From Ignicoccus pacificus DSM 13166 (lineage in GTDB: Archaea > Thermoproteota > Thermoprotei_A > Sulfolobales > Ignicoccaceae): DNA of 32,000 bases. Position 1 is the stretch's first letter. Each line of letters starts with the position of its first letter. The notes below the pieces were generated by a model, which was not told the DNA's origin, ran no database searches, and saw nothing but the letters and a program-made list of their open reading frames with translations. The stretch is taken from assembly GCA_025340205.1 (NCBI GenBank), contig CP006868.1:720001-752000 (forward strand), read 5' to 3'. The position numbers and the translations under genes were made by a program. Positions 1 to 9,870 of the stretch are shown piece after piece.

Positions 1-2845
1 TCTGCTCCAATATCTTAACGGCTTCAGTTAGGTACTTACTATCTGAAGGGTCATTCTTCTCTAAGGTGTATGCCAGTATCTTCTTTCCTTCCCGAGGCAG
101 CTCGTTTGGTACTGCTGAGAGCCATGAAAGGATTAACGCTTCTTCATACACCTTGCTGAAGACAGCTACCTCACCGGTACTCCTCATCTCAGGCCCTAAG
201 TCCGGATACACTCCCTTCATCTGCGTCCAACTGAACTGAGGGCTCTTCACTCCCCAAACAGGGGTGGGAGGCTCCAAGAGCTCTTCATCTATTCCTAGGG
301 ACCCGTTCAGCACGGCCTTGGCAGCGTATTCCATCAAGTTAATCCTCCTAGACTTACTCGTAAACGGCATACTTCTACTCGCTCTAAGATTTAGTTCTAT
401 TACATAGGGTTCATTGTTAACGATGACGAACTGAATGTTGTATGGACCTACTATCTCTAATTCGTTAACGAGCATAAGAGCTATTTCCTTCATCCTATTC
501 TTGGTGTAATCACTCAGTCTCGCCGGCGTAACCATAGTGGAATCGCCAGAGTGAACTCCAGCGGGCTCTACGTGACTAACTGGAATCACTATCGTGTGCC
601 TACTATCGCCTACGCCGTCCAGTTCAGCTTCCTTGGCACCCACGAAGAACTCAGAGACGACTACGGGGTATTCTGGACTGATCTTGGCTGCCAGTTGCAA
701 GAACTTCACTAACTCCTCCCAACTCCATATAATTCTCATTGCAGAACCGCTGAGAACATAACTCGGTCTGACGATTACTGGGAAGCCTACCTCCTCGATG
801 AACCTCCGTACCTCATTTAGATCTCTAGCAGCGATCCACCTCGGTTGCTTTATTCCGAGTTTATCCAACAGGGCACTGAACTTACTCCTATCTTCGGCTC
901 TATCTACGCTCTCGCCCGAGGTTCCTAATATAGGAACCCCGTAGCTCTGGAGCTTCTTGTATAATCGATTGGCTATTTGACCTCCTGCAAACGCTATTAC
1001 GCCCCATGGTTTCTCCTTCTTGCTTATCTTGTATACGCTCTCCAAGCTCAATTCATCGAAGTACAGCTTGTCGCTTTCATCCCAATCGGTTGAAACTGTC
1101 TCGGGGTTGTAATTTACCACTATTACCTCCTCTGAGCCCATTTTCTTTAATGCCTTAGTTACGTTGACTACCGCCCAATCGAACTCGACTGACACGCCTA
1201 TCCTGAAGACACCCGCTCCTAGAACTATCGTCTTCATCCTCTTAGGAGAAAAGTCTGGATCGTCTTCCATTCCATCGTAGGTTAGATACAAGTAATTGGT
1301 TACCGCAGGCCACTCCGCGGCTAACGTATCTATTCTTTTCACATAGGGCAGCGCCCCTTCCCGGATATCCTTCTTAAGTTGTTTATCCGTAAAGCCTAGT
1401 GACTTGAAATATTCATAATCTATCTTCCCTTGATTTATCTCCTTTTGAGCGTCCACTATCTCCTGAATCCAATAAAGGAAGTACTTGTCAGTACCATAGG
1501 CTTCGTGGACTTCGTCTATGCTTGCTCCCTCCCATAAGGCCTTAGCAGCGTAAAGAGGCCAATAGGGTTCCCTCTTCCTAAGCTTCTCTAGAGCCTCATC
1601 CTTGCTCATATCCCTTATATCCTTAAAGTCTGTAATCCCTTCGTAACCGAGATCCAACATCCTTATTGCCTTCTGAAGGGCTTCAGCGACGTTTCTTCCT
1701 ATGGCCATTACCTCTCCTATGCTCTTCATCTCACTATCCAAGTTTCTTATAGATCCTTCAAACTTATCCAAGTCCCACCTAGGCACTTTTATTACAACGT
1801 AGTCAAGGCTCGGCTCGAAACACGCACACGTTATACCGGTAACCTTATTCAATATTTCGTATATCTTGTATCCCAAGGCTATTTTTGCTGCTATATAGGC
1901 TAGAGGATATCCGGTAGCTTTACTGGCTAACGCACTGCTTCTGCTCATCCTAGGGTTAGTCTCAATAACATAGAAGGTCTCGCTCTTAGGGTCCAACGTA
2001 AGTTGAACGTTTCCCTCCCCAACCATGCCTATTACTTCAGCCACTCTGATGGATGCGTCTCTTAGCAGTTGGTACTCTCTATTAGTTAAGGTTTGACAAG
2101 GAGCTATCACTATAGAATCTCCCGTATGAACGCCCATGGGATCAAGGTTTTCCAAACAAGCAATAGCTGCGCTGTTGTTCTCATAATCCCTAACAACTTC
2201 GAACTCTATTTCTTTCCAATGATGTAGATACTTTTCTACGAGAACCCTTCCGACTGCGCTCTGTGCTAGTGCCCTTTTTACCCAGACCTTGAGCTCTTCC
2301 TCATTCCATGCAATGAAACTTCCCTTACCGCCCAAGGTGAAGGCTATTCTTACTATTACAGGATATCCTATCTCTCTAGCGACCTCTATCGCCTCTTCGA
2401 CCGTCGTAGCGGGCTTGCTCGGAGGCATTGGAAGTCCGTTCTCTGTCATAACCTTCTTAAAGAGAGTTTTGTCCGTGGCCTTTACAATACCTTCTATAGG
2501 GGTCCCCAAGACTTCTATTCCGTACTTCTGGAATACGCCTCTTTCCCAAAGTTCGACTCCTAGAGTTAAGGCCGTTTGGCCACCGAACCCTATCATTATT
2601 CCGTCGGGCCTCTCCCTCTCGATTATCTTCTCTAACACATCAACCCTTAATGGAGTGAAGTATATTCTATCAGCAAGGGTATACGTGGTCTGAACGGTTG
2701 CTACATTGGGATTCACTAGGATCGACTTTATTCCTTCCTCTCTTAGAGCTTTTAGAGCTTGACTTCCGCTGTAGTCGAACTCCGCCGCTTCACCTATCTT
2801 TATTGCTCCTGACCCTATTACCATTACCTTCTTGAGGTCCTTCAC
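1..2845 (-). CDS. carB: carbamoyl-phosphate synthase large subunit (partial, 3' end outside window)
   Basis: Minus-strand frame open from a GTG at 2845..2843 to the window edge. N-terminus reads VKDLKKVMVIGSGAIKIGEAAEFDYSGSQALKALREEG..., the classic CarB start. Starts immediately after the carA TGA (2848..2846). Confidence 0.96.
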   Translation of the reverse strand, partial: MKDLKKVMVIGSGAIKIGEAAEFDYSGSQALKALREEGIKSILVNPNVATVQTTYTLADRIYFTPLRVDVLEKIIERERPDGIMIGFGGQTALTLGVELWERGVFQKYGIEVLGTPIEGIVKATDKTLFKKVMTENGLPMPPSKPATTVEEAIEVAREIGYPVIVRIAFTLGGKGSFIAWNEEELKVWVKRALAQSAVGRVLVEKYLHHWKEIEFEVVRDYENNSAAIACLENLDPMGVHTGDSIVIAPCQTLTNREYQLLRDASIRVAEVIGMVGEGNVQLTLDPKSETFYVIETNPRMSRSSALASKATGYPLAYIAAKIALGYKIYEILNKVTGITCACFEPSLDYVVIKVPRWDLDKFEGSIRNLDSEMKSIGEVMAIGRNVAEALQKAIRMLDLGYEGITDFKDIRDMSKDEALEKLRKREPYWPLYAAKALWEGASIDEVHEAYGTDKYFLYWIQEIVDAQKEINQGKIDYEYFKSLGFTDKQLKKDIREGALPYVKRIDTLAAEWPAVTNYLYLTYDGMEDDPDFSPKRMKTIVLGAGVFRIGVSVEFDWAVVNVTKALKKMGSEEVIVVNYNPETVSTDWDESDKLYFDELSLESVYKISKKEKPWGVIAFAGGQIANRLYKKLQSYGVPILGTSGESVDRAEDRSKFSALLDKLGIKQPRWIAARDLNEVRRFIEEVGFPVIVRPSYVLSGSAMRIIWSWEELVKFLQLAAKISPEYPVVVSEFFVGAKEAELDGVGDSRHTIVIPVSHVEPAGVHSGDSTMVTPARLSDYTKNRMKEIALMLVNELEIVGPYNIQFVIVNNEPYVIELNLRASRSMPFTSKSRRINLMEYAAKAVLNGSLGIDEELLEPPTPVWGVKSPQFSWTQMKGVYPDLGPEMRSTGEVAVFSKVYEEALILSWLSAVPNELPREGKKILAYTLEKNDPSDSKYLTEAVKILEQ

Positions 2846-3970
2846 TCACTTCACCTCCTTCACAGCCTTAGCGAACATGTCGAAGATCCACCGGGTATCA
2901 TGAGGTCCCGGTGAGGACTCTGGGTGGAACTGGACGCTAAATATCTTCTTCTCGTAATTTACCACGCCCTCCAAAGTTCTGTCATCGGGGTTGAAGAACC
3001 AATGTTTGAACATCCTCCTATTTACTGTCTCGGGCTTGATGGCGTAACCGTGATTTTCGCTTACTATATAGCATTTAGAATCGGTATCCTTAACAGGCTT
3101 GTTTACTCCTCTGTGACCATACTTCATCTTGTAAACTTGTGCTCCAAAAGCTATGTTAAGTAATTGATGACCCAGACATATGGAAAGTATTGGAAAACCG
3201 TATTCCACGGCAGCTCTAGCTGCTTCGGTTACCTTGTACCTCTCAGCCGCAATCTTAGGATTTCCGGGACCATTCGCTAAGATTACACCTTTAATCTCGT
3301 CACTAAACTTCTCTATCTTCTCACCACAGGGTATCCTTAGAACCCTCAATCCTCGTTCGGTTAGTTCTCTCACTATACCATACTTCACGCCACAGTCAAT
3401 AAGAGCCACCGTCTCCCCTTCACCATGGGCTATTGGTACCTTTGGCTTCACTTGGGAGATGTAATCGACCTCATCGTATCTAGGGACGTTTGATATCTTC
3501 CCCAGGGCACTCTCTATTTCATCCGCCGGTACTATCGCTCCCATCTTCACTCCTTCTTCTCTAATCTTCTTGACTATCATCCTCGTATCGACAAAGTGTA
3601 ATCCCGGAATTGATTCTCTCTTTAGCCATTCATCGAGGCTCATTACGGAGCTCCAGTGGCTCGGCTTTGTGAGTCTGGAAATCACGAATCCTTCTACCTT
3701 AATGCTATCGGATTCATAATGAAGAGGGAGTCCGCTTGGTTTATGGATCAGATTTTTCGAAGGAACACCATAGTTACCTACCATGGGATGGGTCATCACT
3801 AGTATCTGGCCTTTATAGGAAGGGTCGGTCAAGGACTCAGGATAGCCGTTCATAGTAGTCGTGAAAACTATCTCACCGATACTTACTCTCGGTTCCCCGA
3901 AATAGCATCCTCTAAATACGGTACCATCTTCCAGGACCAAAGCGGCCTCTTCAGATCCTTTGCATTTCAT
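2846..3970 (-). CDS. carA: carbamoyl-phosphate synthase small subunit (glutamine amidotransferase)
   Basis: 374 aa. N-terminal EEAALVLEDGTVFRGCYFGEP and class-I GATase motifs SICLGHQLL and VQFHPESSPGPHDT. Directly abuts carB. Confidence 0.97.
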   Translation of the reverse strand: MKCKGSEEAALVLEDGTVFRGCYFGEPRVSIGEIVFTTTMNGYPESLTDPSYKGQILVMTHPMVGNYGVPSKNLIHKPSGLPLHYESDSIKVEGFVISRLTKPSHWSSVMSLDEWLKRESIPGLHFVDTRMIVKKIREEGVKMGAIVPADEIESALGKISNVPRYDEVDYISQVKPKVPIAHGEGETVALIDCGVKYGIVRELTERGLRVLRIPCGEKIEKFSDEIKGVILANGPGNPKIAAERYKVTEAARAAVEYGFPILSICLGHQLLNIAFGAQVYKMKYGHRGVNKPVKDTDSKCYIVSENHGYAIKPETVNRRMFKHWFFNPDDRTLEGVVNYEKKIFSVQFHPESSPGPHDTRWIFDMFAKAVKEVK

Positions 3971-4061
3971 TATGACCCGCAGTTGAGGGAGCCTTGAGAG
4001 GCTTATATCGTTGTATGAAGATTCCTTAAGGAAGGGGGGAGGGGGACTGAGGGATCCTTGA

Positions 4062-4138
4062 TGGTGGGCCCGGGGGGATTCGAACCCCCGGCCTCCCGGT
4101 TATCAGCCGGGCGCTCTGCCGGGCTAAGCTACGGGCCC
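4062..4138 (-). tRNA. tRNA-Ile (anticodon GAT), CCA encoded
   Basis: Minus strand GGGCCCG TA GCTTAGCCCGGCAGAGC G CCCGG CTGATAA CCGGG AGGCC GGGGG TTCGAAT CCCCC CGGGCCC A CCA; full cloverleaf. Confidence 0.97.
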
Positions 4139-4160
4139 ATTCGTCGGCTCATAATTCCCA

Positions 4161-4168
4161 TTTAAATA
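4161..4168 (-). promoter_or_regulatory. TATA-like element of tRNA-Ile gene
   Basis: tttaaata centred about 26 nt upstream of the tRNA-Ile 5' end, typical archaeal spacing. Confidence 0.6.
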
Positions 4169-4222
4169 CTTTTCCCTATTCGATTTATTGGGTACGATGA
4201 GGAGCGCAGGGTTGGCTGAAGG

Positions 4223-4690
4223 ATGATGAAGAAAAGCCGACCCGAGTACTCTCAACTAGTAGCGCTCGAGAGATCGAAGAGTAGAACGGGAAAACATGCC
4301 TTCGTCTCCTTGGCGTTCATAGTAGACAGAAAGTCCGGCGAGGTTAAGGAAAGCATTAAACCAAAGGGTCATCACCCCTCAGTTTATGTTAAAGGAGAGG
4401 GGGAGTTAAGGGAGGTCGAATATGATGATAACGACGTATTGGTGGTAGTTCAAATGGTTAAATCTCCCCAAAGAAATCCTAAGAAGAGTGTGAAGGGCAA
4501 AATACTTGTATTTGATAAAGGGCAACTCGTCTATAGAGCCGTATATAGGGATCTTAAGTTACGAGGCTCTTTCGGTGAACCTCATTACATAAGGTATGTG
4601 AGAAGCGTGATGTCCTTGCTCCAAGTCCCTATCAAGAGGGAAAACCCTGATGCGCACCTACCTAAGCGCGGGCATAGACATAGGCACTAG
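4223..4690 (+). CDS. hypothetical protein
   Basis: 155-aa ORF with charged, protein-like composition (MMKKSRPEYSQLVALERSKSRTGKHAFVSLAF...). Overlaps the next ORF by 41 nt. No family recognised. Confidence 0.6.
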   Translation: MMKKSRPEYSQLVALERSKSRTGKHAFVSLAFIVDRKSGEVKESIKPKGHHPSVYVKGEGELREVEYDDNDVLVVVQMVKSPQRNPKKSVKGKILVFDKGQLVYRAVYRDLKLRGSFGEPHYIRYVRSVMSLLQVPIKRENPDAHLPKRGHRHRH

Positions 4691-5450
4691 AGGCATAAGA
4701 CTAACCGTAATTGACTGTTCAAGTTTAAACACTATCTACAAGGAGGTCTATGACAGACACTCCATAGATTTTCTTCTCAAAACGATCAAAGGATTAGGAG
4801 TAGAGAGGATCTGCGTCGCAGGAGGCTATCAATGGAGAGAGGTTACAAATCACGATATTTATTCCGAGGAGCTGATAGCGTTCGGATCTTCTCAAGAGGA
4901 GACACATGGCCTTCGGCGAACCGTTAGGATGCTCTCACTTGCGAAGGAACTCCTATTATTGCCCTCAGGCGGTGCCAGTGGAGAGCTCCCTCGCTGGTTC
5001 ACCTTCAACGTGCTGGACAGTGGAACGCCAGATAAGGTGGCTAAAGCAAATTATATAATTCATAGGATGGGGTTACACACCTTCACCCTAATTGATGATG
5101 GTTGCTTTACCACTCTGATAGGTATAGAAGATGATGCTATAACAAAGGTGATAGCTTCTACATGGGGAGTTCCCGGCAAATGCTCTCCCGGTCGGGTTGA
5201 TGTCGAGCTCTGCTTAGCCTTTAAGTGGCCACAATCGAAGAGGGATTTGATCGACTGCGACGTACCTAATGATGTGATGGAAGGGTGGATTGACTTCTAC
5301 AAGGAACTCTTCCCCTCCCCGTATATGAGAGGCTCAGAGCTCGATGAGTTCAGCGCTTCCGAAGGAGCGGCTCTCTGGTGTTGCGGATTAAGACCAAAAC
5401 ACATCTTTTCATCTAGACCCTGGGGCTGTTTATGGGACAAGCATGGATAG
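4650..5450 (+). CDS. DUF1464-like / ASKHA-fold predicted kinase
   Basis: 266 aa, N-terminal SAGIDIGTRGIRLTVID phosphate-1-like motif of ASKHA ATPases; overall resembles archaeal DUF1464 proteins. Confidence 0.7.
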   Translation: MRTYLSAGIDIGTRGIRLTVIDCSSLNTIYKEVYDRHSIDFLLKTIKGLGVERICVAGGYQWREVTNHDIYSEELIAFGSSQEETHGLRRTVRMLSLAKELLLLPSGGASGELPRWFTFNVLDSGTPDKVAKANYIIHRMGLHTFTLIDDGCFTTLIGIEDDAITKVIASTWGVPGKCSPGRVDVELCLAFKWPQSKRDLIDCDVPNDVMEGWIDFYKELFPSPYMRGSELDEFSASEGAALWCCGLRPKHIFSSRPWGCLWDKHG

Positions 5451-6365
5451 TATTGCCCTCTGGGCATGGAGTTTATTCTCAGCTTGATCCCATACTACGC
5501 TGTAAGGGGCTTCTAGTACCTCTTCCGTGACCTCCTCACCTCTCTTAGCCGGCAAACAATGCATAAAGATGAAATCCTTACCAACACACTTCAAGAGTTC
5601 CCCGTTTACTTGGTAAGGCATTAGATCCCTCAACCTCTTTTCGGCTTCCCTTTCGAAGCCCATACTCACCCAAACATCGGTGTATATTACGTCAGCATCC
5701 TTTACGCCCTTACAAGGATCGTAGACTATCTCGAAGCTACCACCAGTCCTCCTTGCCCTCTCGATAGCTTGAGCTACTACCTCATCCATAGGTTCATAAC
5801 CTTGGGCCGTCACAACCCTTACATTAGCCCCTAGGCTAGTCATGGCTAAGATTAAACTATGGGCAACGTTATCTGATCCATCTCCTATGAAGACCACCTT
5901 TACACCTTCAGTTCTTCCCAAGTATTCCAGAATAGTCATGGCATCAGCAATGGCTTGAGTTGGGTGGAACTTGTCACTAAGAGCGTTGATCACCGGACCG
6001 GAGAAATACTTGGCCAATTCTATAAGAGTCTCATGCTTCAATACTCTTGCTACTAGGGCGTCAAGGTATCTATCCAAGACCCTAGCGGTATCCTTCAAGG
6101 GTTCACCTCTACTCAATTGACTATCTTTCTTTGAAATGAAGATGGATTTCATACCAAGTTGATAAGCAGCTACTTCGAAGGCTACTCTAGTCCTCGTGCT
6201 CGGCTTCTCAAATAATAATCCTATTGATCTTCCTTCATGTGTACCCCAGTATCTTCTACCTCTTTCATACTCTCCTTTCATTTGCATAGAATATTTTACC
6301 ATCTTCCTTATCTCATGAACGTCATAATCCATTAGGCTAATCATATCTCTACCTTTAAACAACAC
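5430..6365 (-). CDS. argF: ornithine carbamoyltransferase
   Basis: 311 aa with carbamoyl-phosphate motif FEKPSTRTRVAFEVA, HPTQAIADAMT, and ornithine-binding region FMHCLPAKRGEEVTEEV. Confidence 0.97.
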   Translation of the reverse strand: MLFKGRDMISLMDYDVHEIRKMVKYSMQMKGEYERGRRYWGTHEGRSIGLLFEKPSTRTRVAFEVAAYQLGMKSIFISKKDSQLSRGEPLKDTARVLDRYLDALVARVLKHETLIELAKYFSGPVINALSDKFHPTQAIADAMTILEYLGRTEGVKVVFIGDGSDNVAHSLILAMTSLGANVRVVTAQGYEPMDEVVAQAIERARRTGGSFEIVYDPCKGVKDADVIYTDVWVSMGFEREAEKRLRDLMPYQVNGELLKCVGKDFIFMHCLPAKRGEEVTEEVLEAPYSVVWDQAENKLHAQRAILSMLVP

Positions 6366-6507
6366 TCGAACCCATCCATTCCTTAGCTCAAGCTATAATA
6401 TTTTGAATTGCATTGACTAAGATTAACACTTTCGGTCTAAGTGACTGGGTACAGAATGTACTCATTTACATAAGAATTAGACTTTCAGTTTAGATCAAGG
6501 TGGGAAA

Positions 6508-7047
6508 GTGCTCATTTGGAGATATGATGAAGGGTATGTGGTGGATTCGGAAACTGGCGTTGTGGTTGACATAATCGTGGATGAAGGACCATATCTCGGC
6601 AACTCAGAGCCGAAACCCTATATTGGCACCTCCCAAGGCGATGATGGTACCGGAACTACCTCTCTAAGGATTCAGAAATCACTAAAAAAGAGGTTGCTTA
6701 TCGACCGTAGAGGTACCTATGTGGCCTATAAGATGGGGCTGACTTCTAAGAGCGTGGGGAGTTTGACTAAAGTGAAGAAGATAGAGAGAATTAGATACAA
6801 AATACAAGAACTCGAAAGCGCCGAGTTCTTAATTGAGCGAGATAGATGGATGAAGATAATCAATCAAGACGCTAGACTTGCCTCAAGAACAGAAAGGGTC
6901 AAACTGGCTCTGGCATCAGTTATGGCAGCTAGAAGCCTTGGACTGGACATCTCCTTGGAGACCATCGCTAAAATATACAAAGTCAACGAGCACCATCTGA
7001 GAAAGCTCGTCAGTCTTACCTATAAGAGAATAGGTCTAACAGCGTAG
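6508..7047 (+). CDS. TFB-like (TFIIB-related) truncated protein, putative
   Basis: 179 aa. N-terminal segment YVVDSETGVVVDIIVDEGPYLG resembles the TFB ribbon/B-reader junction (GEVVC..CGLVI...IDEGPEWR) without cysteines. C-terminal RVKLALASVMAARSLGLDISLETIAKIYKVNEHHLRKL resembles a cyclin-fold helix set. Confidence 0.4.
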   Translation: MLIWRYDEGYVVDSETGVVVDIIVDEGPYLGNSEPKPYIGTSQGDDGTGTTSLRIQKSLKKRLLIDRRGTYVAYKMGLTSKSVGSLTKVKKIERIRYKIQELESAEFLIERDRWMKIINQDARLASRTERVKLALASVMAARSLGLDISLETIAKIYKVNEHHLRKLVSLTYKRIGLTA

Positions 7048-7050
7048 AAG

Positions 7051-9711
7051 CTACTGTTCCGAGACTACGGAGGTTGATCCGCTTTTCTCTACTATTATTA
7101 ACTTATCCGCGACGTCAGTTATCTCTTTATCGTGTGTAACTATGATTAACTGATGGAGACCTCCTCTGGTCGCCGCTAGGATTACATCCTTCAAGTTCCT
7201 CTTCCTCTCCATGTCCAGATATATTGTGGGCTCATCGAGTATCATGAATGTCAAGTTTCTCTCAATTAGGACTCTTGCCATTCCTATCCTCATTGCCAAT
7301 GCCAATGCAACTCTCTCACCACCGGAAAGGAAGCCTACTGGACTCTCGCCCGCTGAAGTTATCACCTTAATGTTCCACCCTTCGTCAATGCTTACTGACA
7401 TTACTGATGTATCAAATAGCTTTAATATTTCGTTGGTTGCTTCACTCCACTGATCTCTAAAGCTACTCAACACGAGTGCAACCACATCATTGCGAAGTTT
7501 CGGCCTAACATCATTATCTATAAATTCGATATACTCTCTCATAAGCATTATTTTCTTATCTAATTCATTTATTTTTTTAATTATCTTATCTTTTTCCTTC
7601 ACATACTCCTTGTACTCCTCGATTTTTTCTCTGAGCGCTTCTAGCTTGGTTCTCAATGAACTCACTTCCTCTTTCAGCCTCTCATATTCTGTAACATACT
7701 GTTCGTACTCTTTTTCATTAAATCGGATTTCCTTAAGCCTTTCTAGGATTTCCGCTTTATCTTTTTCATATTCATTAATTCTTTCGTAGAGATCATTTAA
7801 TGAGGAGAATAATATATTCAATCTATCTATTTTTTCGCTCACTTCTTTCCATTCCTTTTCTGCTCTAATTATTTCAAGGTACTCCCTTTCGACTTCTTCG
7901 ATGTCACTACCCACGATCTTTTCTAATTCCTCTATCTGCTTCTCTAAGGTTTCTTTAATTCCTTTCAGAGAATTTATTCTCTGCTGTACCGACCTTAATT
8001 TTTCTAATTCTCTCTCAGCCTTCTCGATATCCGTTCTTACTTTTTTTAATAATTTCTCGATCTCCATGCTCTTTCCTATTTCTTTCATCTTTTTTTGCAA
8101 TTCTGATTCTAATATCTCTAGATCATCGATATCGAACTCTTGAGCATTATACTTCTCATTGTATTTATCTAAAATCCCCAAGGCTCTATTAATTATTTTA
8201 GTTAAGTTGTCTATCCTCTCTTTTAATTTCTTTATTTTATTATTCAGTACATTGATCTCCCTCATTTCCTTGGAAATTTTTCTCTCTATTCTTTGGAGTT
8301 CTGTTTCGTATCTCATTCTGAGTTCTTCTCTTTCCCTTGGCTCTAGCTTCCGACCGCAGACAGGACAATACGGCTTGTCTTTTAAGAGAGATAACGCTTT
8401 TTTGAGTTCTTCTATTCTTTGTTCATCCATGGCCTTTAGTCTAAGCAATTGATCCCTTCTTTTTTCCATCTTTTCCAATTCCTTATTTAATTCCTCTAAC
8501 TCAAAGTTCAAGTCAATAACACTTATACCACCGGTGAGCCTCCTCAGGGTTGTCAAGTCCCTTTGAACTCTACTCAGCTCATTTTCTATATCTCTAGACT
8601 TAATACGCTTCTCCGTAAGTTCTCTTTCCAACTCGCGCAATTTTCTAAGATCCCTTTCTATATTTCGAATCTTCTCATCAATGCCCAAATTCTCCTTAAG
8701 TTCATCTTCTATTTTCTTTAACTCATCTAATTTCTTTTCTAAGTCCTTAGCCATAGTATATCTCCTAAGGATATCGTCCTTTTTCTCTAAAATCTCCTCC
8801 AATCTCTTCCTTTTCTCTAATAGTTTCTCCATAGTATAATTCCCTAAGAGTTGCTCTACCTCTTTTTTCTTCTTGTTTATTTGGTCTTTTGTCCTCTCTA
8901 TAATTTTATTTAAGGATTCAAGACGAGTCTTGTATTCTATGTATTCATTCCTCCTTTTTTCGAGCTCTTGAACCTTTGGTTCTATTTCCTTTAACCTTTC
9001 CAATAGCTTATTGAGCTCTCTCTCATAGCTCTTTCTTTGGGTATACATTTGTTCTAGCTTTTTCTCAAAGAGCTCTATTTCCTTCTTCCTATGTTCGAGA
9101 AGCGCTTTCTCTTTATCTAATTCATGAAGTTCTTGTTTGAAGTTACTTAATGCCTTACCTATGTTCTCTTGAGCTGTGGAAAGTTTGTCTAATTGAAGGA
9201 GTTGTATTATCATTTGCCTCCTGTTAGATGGAGTGTCCTCTATCACCGTCATTAGGTTTCCCTGGGGCACAAAGAGCAATTTCGAAAGGTAGGTGGGGTT
9301 CTTCAGTCCCATTTTCTGCAATATCGCCTCTGTGACTGCTCTGGCACCCTTCGCCTCAATTCTCCCCTTTCCGTTATCCATACGTATTAGTACGGCGTCG
9401 GTGCGGGCGGTCTTGCTACTTATCGCGTCGAGAGTCCTTTCCACAATATACTCAACGCCATCTATCTCAATTCTCAGAGTTACCTTTGCTCTTCTCGCTC
9501 CCTTCCTTATCAGCTCCGTCTTCGTGGTATCTGTTCCTCTACCATACTTCCTTGTTAGTGCCTCTCCTGTAAGCGCAAACGCTATCGCATCTATTATGCT
9601 GCTCTTCCCAGCGCCGTTAGGCCCTACTATTACATTTATCCCCTCATCAAAACTAACTTCGCTTCTCCTATGTGACAAGAAGTCCTCTATGGATACTGAT
9701 TTTATTATCAT
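7051..9711 (-). CDS. rad50: DNA double-strand break repair ATPase Rad50
   Basis: 886 aa. N-terminal Walker A NAVGPNGAGKSS-type motif (IVGPNGAGKSSIIDAIAFAL), central zinc hook KPYCPVCGRKL within long coiled coils, C-terminal SGGERVALALAMRIGMARVL and LDEPT Walker B. Confidence 0.97.
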   Translation of the reverse strand: MIIKSVSIEDFLSHRRSEVSFDEGINVIVGPNGAGKSSIIDAIAFALTGEALTRKYGRGTDTTKTELIRKGARRAKVTLRIEIDGVEYIVERTLDAISSKTARTDAVLIRMDNGKGRIEAKGARAVTEAILQKMGLKNPTYLSKLLFVPQGNLMTVIEDTPSNRRQMIIQLLQLDKLSTAQENIGKALSNFKQELHELDKEKALLEHRKKEIELFEKKLEQMYTQRKSYERELNKLLERLKEIEPKVQELEKRRNEYIEYKTRLESLNKIIERTKDQINKKKKEVEQLLGNYTMEKLLEKRKRLEEILEKKDDILRRYTMAKDLEKKLDELKKIEDELKENLGIDEKIRNIERDLRKLRELERELTEKRIKSRDIENELSRVQRDLTTLRRLTGGISVIDLNFELEELNKELEKMEKRRDQLLRLKAMDEQRIEELKKALSLLKDKPYCPVCGRKLEPREREELRMRYETELQRIERKISKEMREINVLNNKIKKLKERIDNLTKIINRALGILDKYNEKYNAQEFDIDDLEILESELQKKMKEIGKSMEIEKLLKKVRTDIEKAERELEKLRSVQQRINSLKGIKETLEKQIEELEKIVGSDIEEVEREYLEIIRAEKEWKEVSEKIDRLNILFSSLNDLYERINEYEKDKAEILERLKEIRFNEKEYEQYVTEYERLKEEVSSLRTKLEALREKIEEYKEYVKEKDKIIKKINELDKKIMLMREYIEFIDNDVRPKLRNDVVALVLSSFRDQWSEATNEILKLFDTSVMSVSIDEGWNIKVITSAGESPVGFLSGGERVALALAMRIGMARVLIERNLTFMILDEPTIYLDMERKRNLKDVILAATRGGLHQLIIVTHDKEITDVADKLIIVEKSGSTSVVSEQ

Positions 9712-9733
9712 GGGAGAACCCCTTGAGCTGATG

Positions 9734-9821
9734 TGGCGCCGGGGGCGGGATTCGAACCCGCGCGGGGTGATCCCCCAGTGGGTCTCGAGCCCACCCCCTT
9801 GGGCCGCTCGGGCACCCCGGC
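9734..9821 (-). tRNA. tRNA-Ser (anticodon CGA), CCA encoded
   Basis: Minus strand GCCGGGG TGCCCGAGCGGCCCAAGG GGGTGGG CTCGAGA CCCAC, long variable arm, GCGGG TTCGAAT CCCGC CCCCGGC G CCA; class II tRNA with CGA anticodon. Confidence 0.95.
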
Positions 9822-9840
9822 ACGAAAGCTCTCAACCTCT

Positions 9841-9850
9841 AATTTAATAA
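9841..9850 (-). promoter_or_regulatory. TATA-like element of tRNA-Ser gene
   Basis: TTATTAAATT on the minus strand, centred about 24-25 nt upstream of the tRNA 5' end. Confidence 0.5.
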
Positions 9851-9870
9851 ACTTAGAGCACAATTTTTGT

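Noticed and set aside
2289-2693. Plus-strand ORF (134 aa) antisense to carB
   Set aside because: Lies inside a clear CarB frame on the opposite strand; composition is antisense-like. The same applies to 2924-3163 and 3180-3464 over carA.
7211-8452. Plus-strand ORFs antisense to rad50 (7211, 7490, 7901, 8159)
   Set aside because: Ser/Phe/Leu-rich shadows of the Glu/Lys-rich coiled coil, not independent genes.
9293-9847. Plus-strand 184-aa ORF over rad50 start and tRNA-Ser, and the 9733-9939 ORF
   Set aside because: Contains the typical RRGRDSNPRG/PGAGFEPARG translation of a tRNA; artefact.
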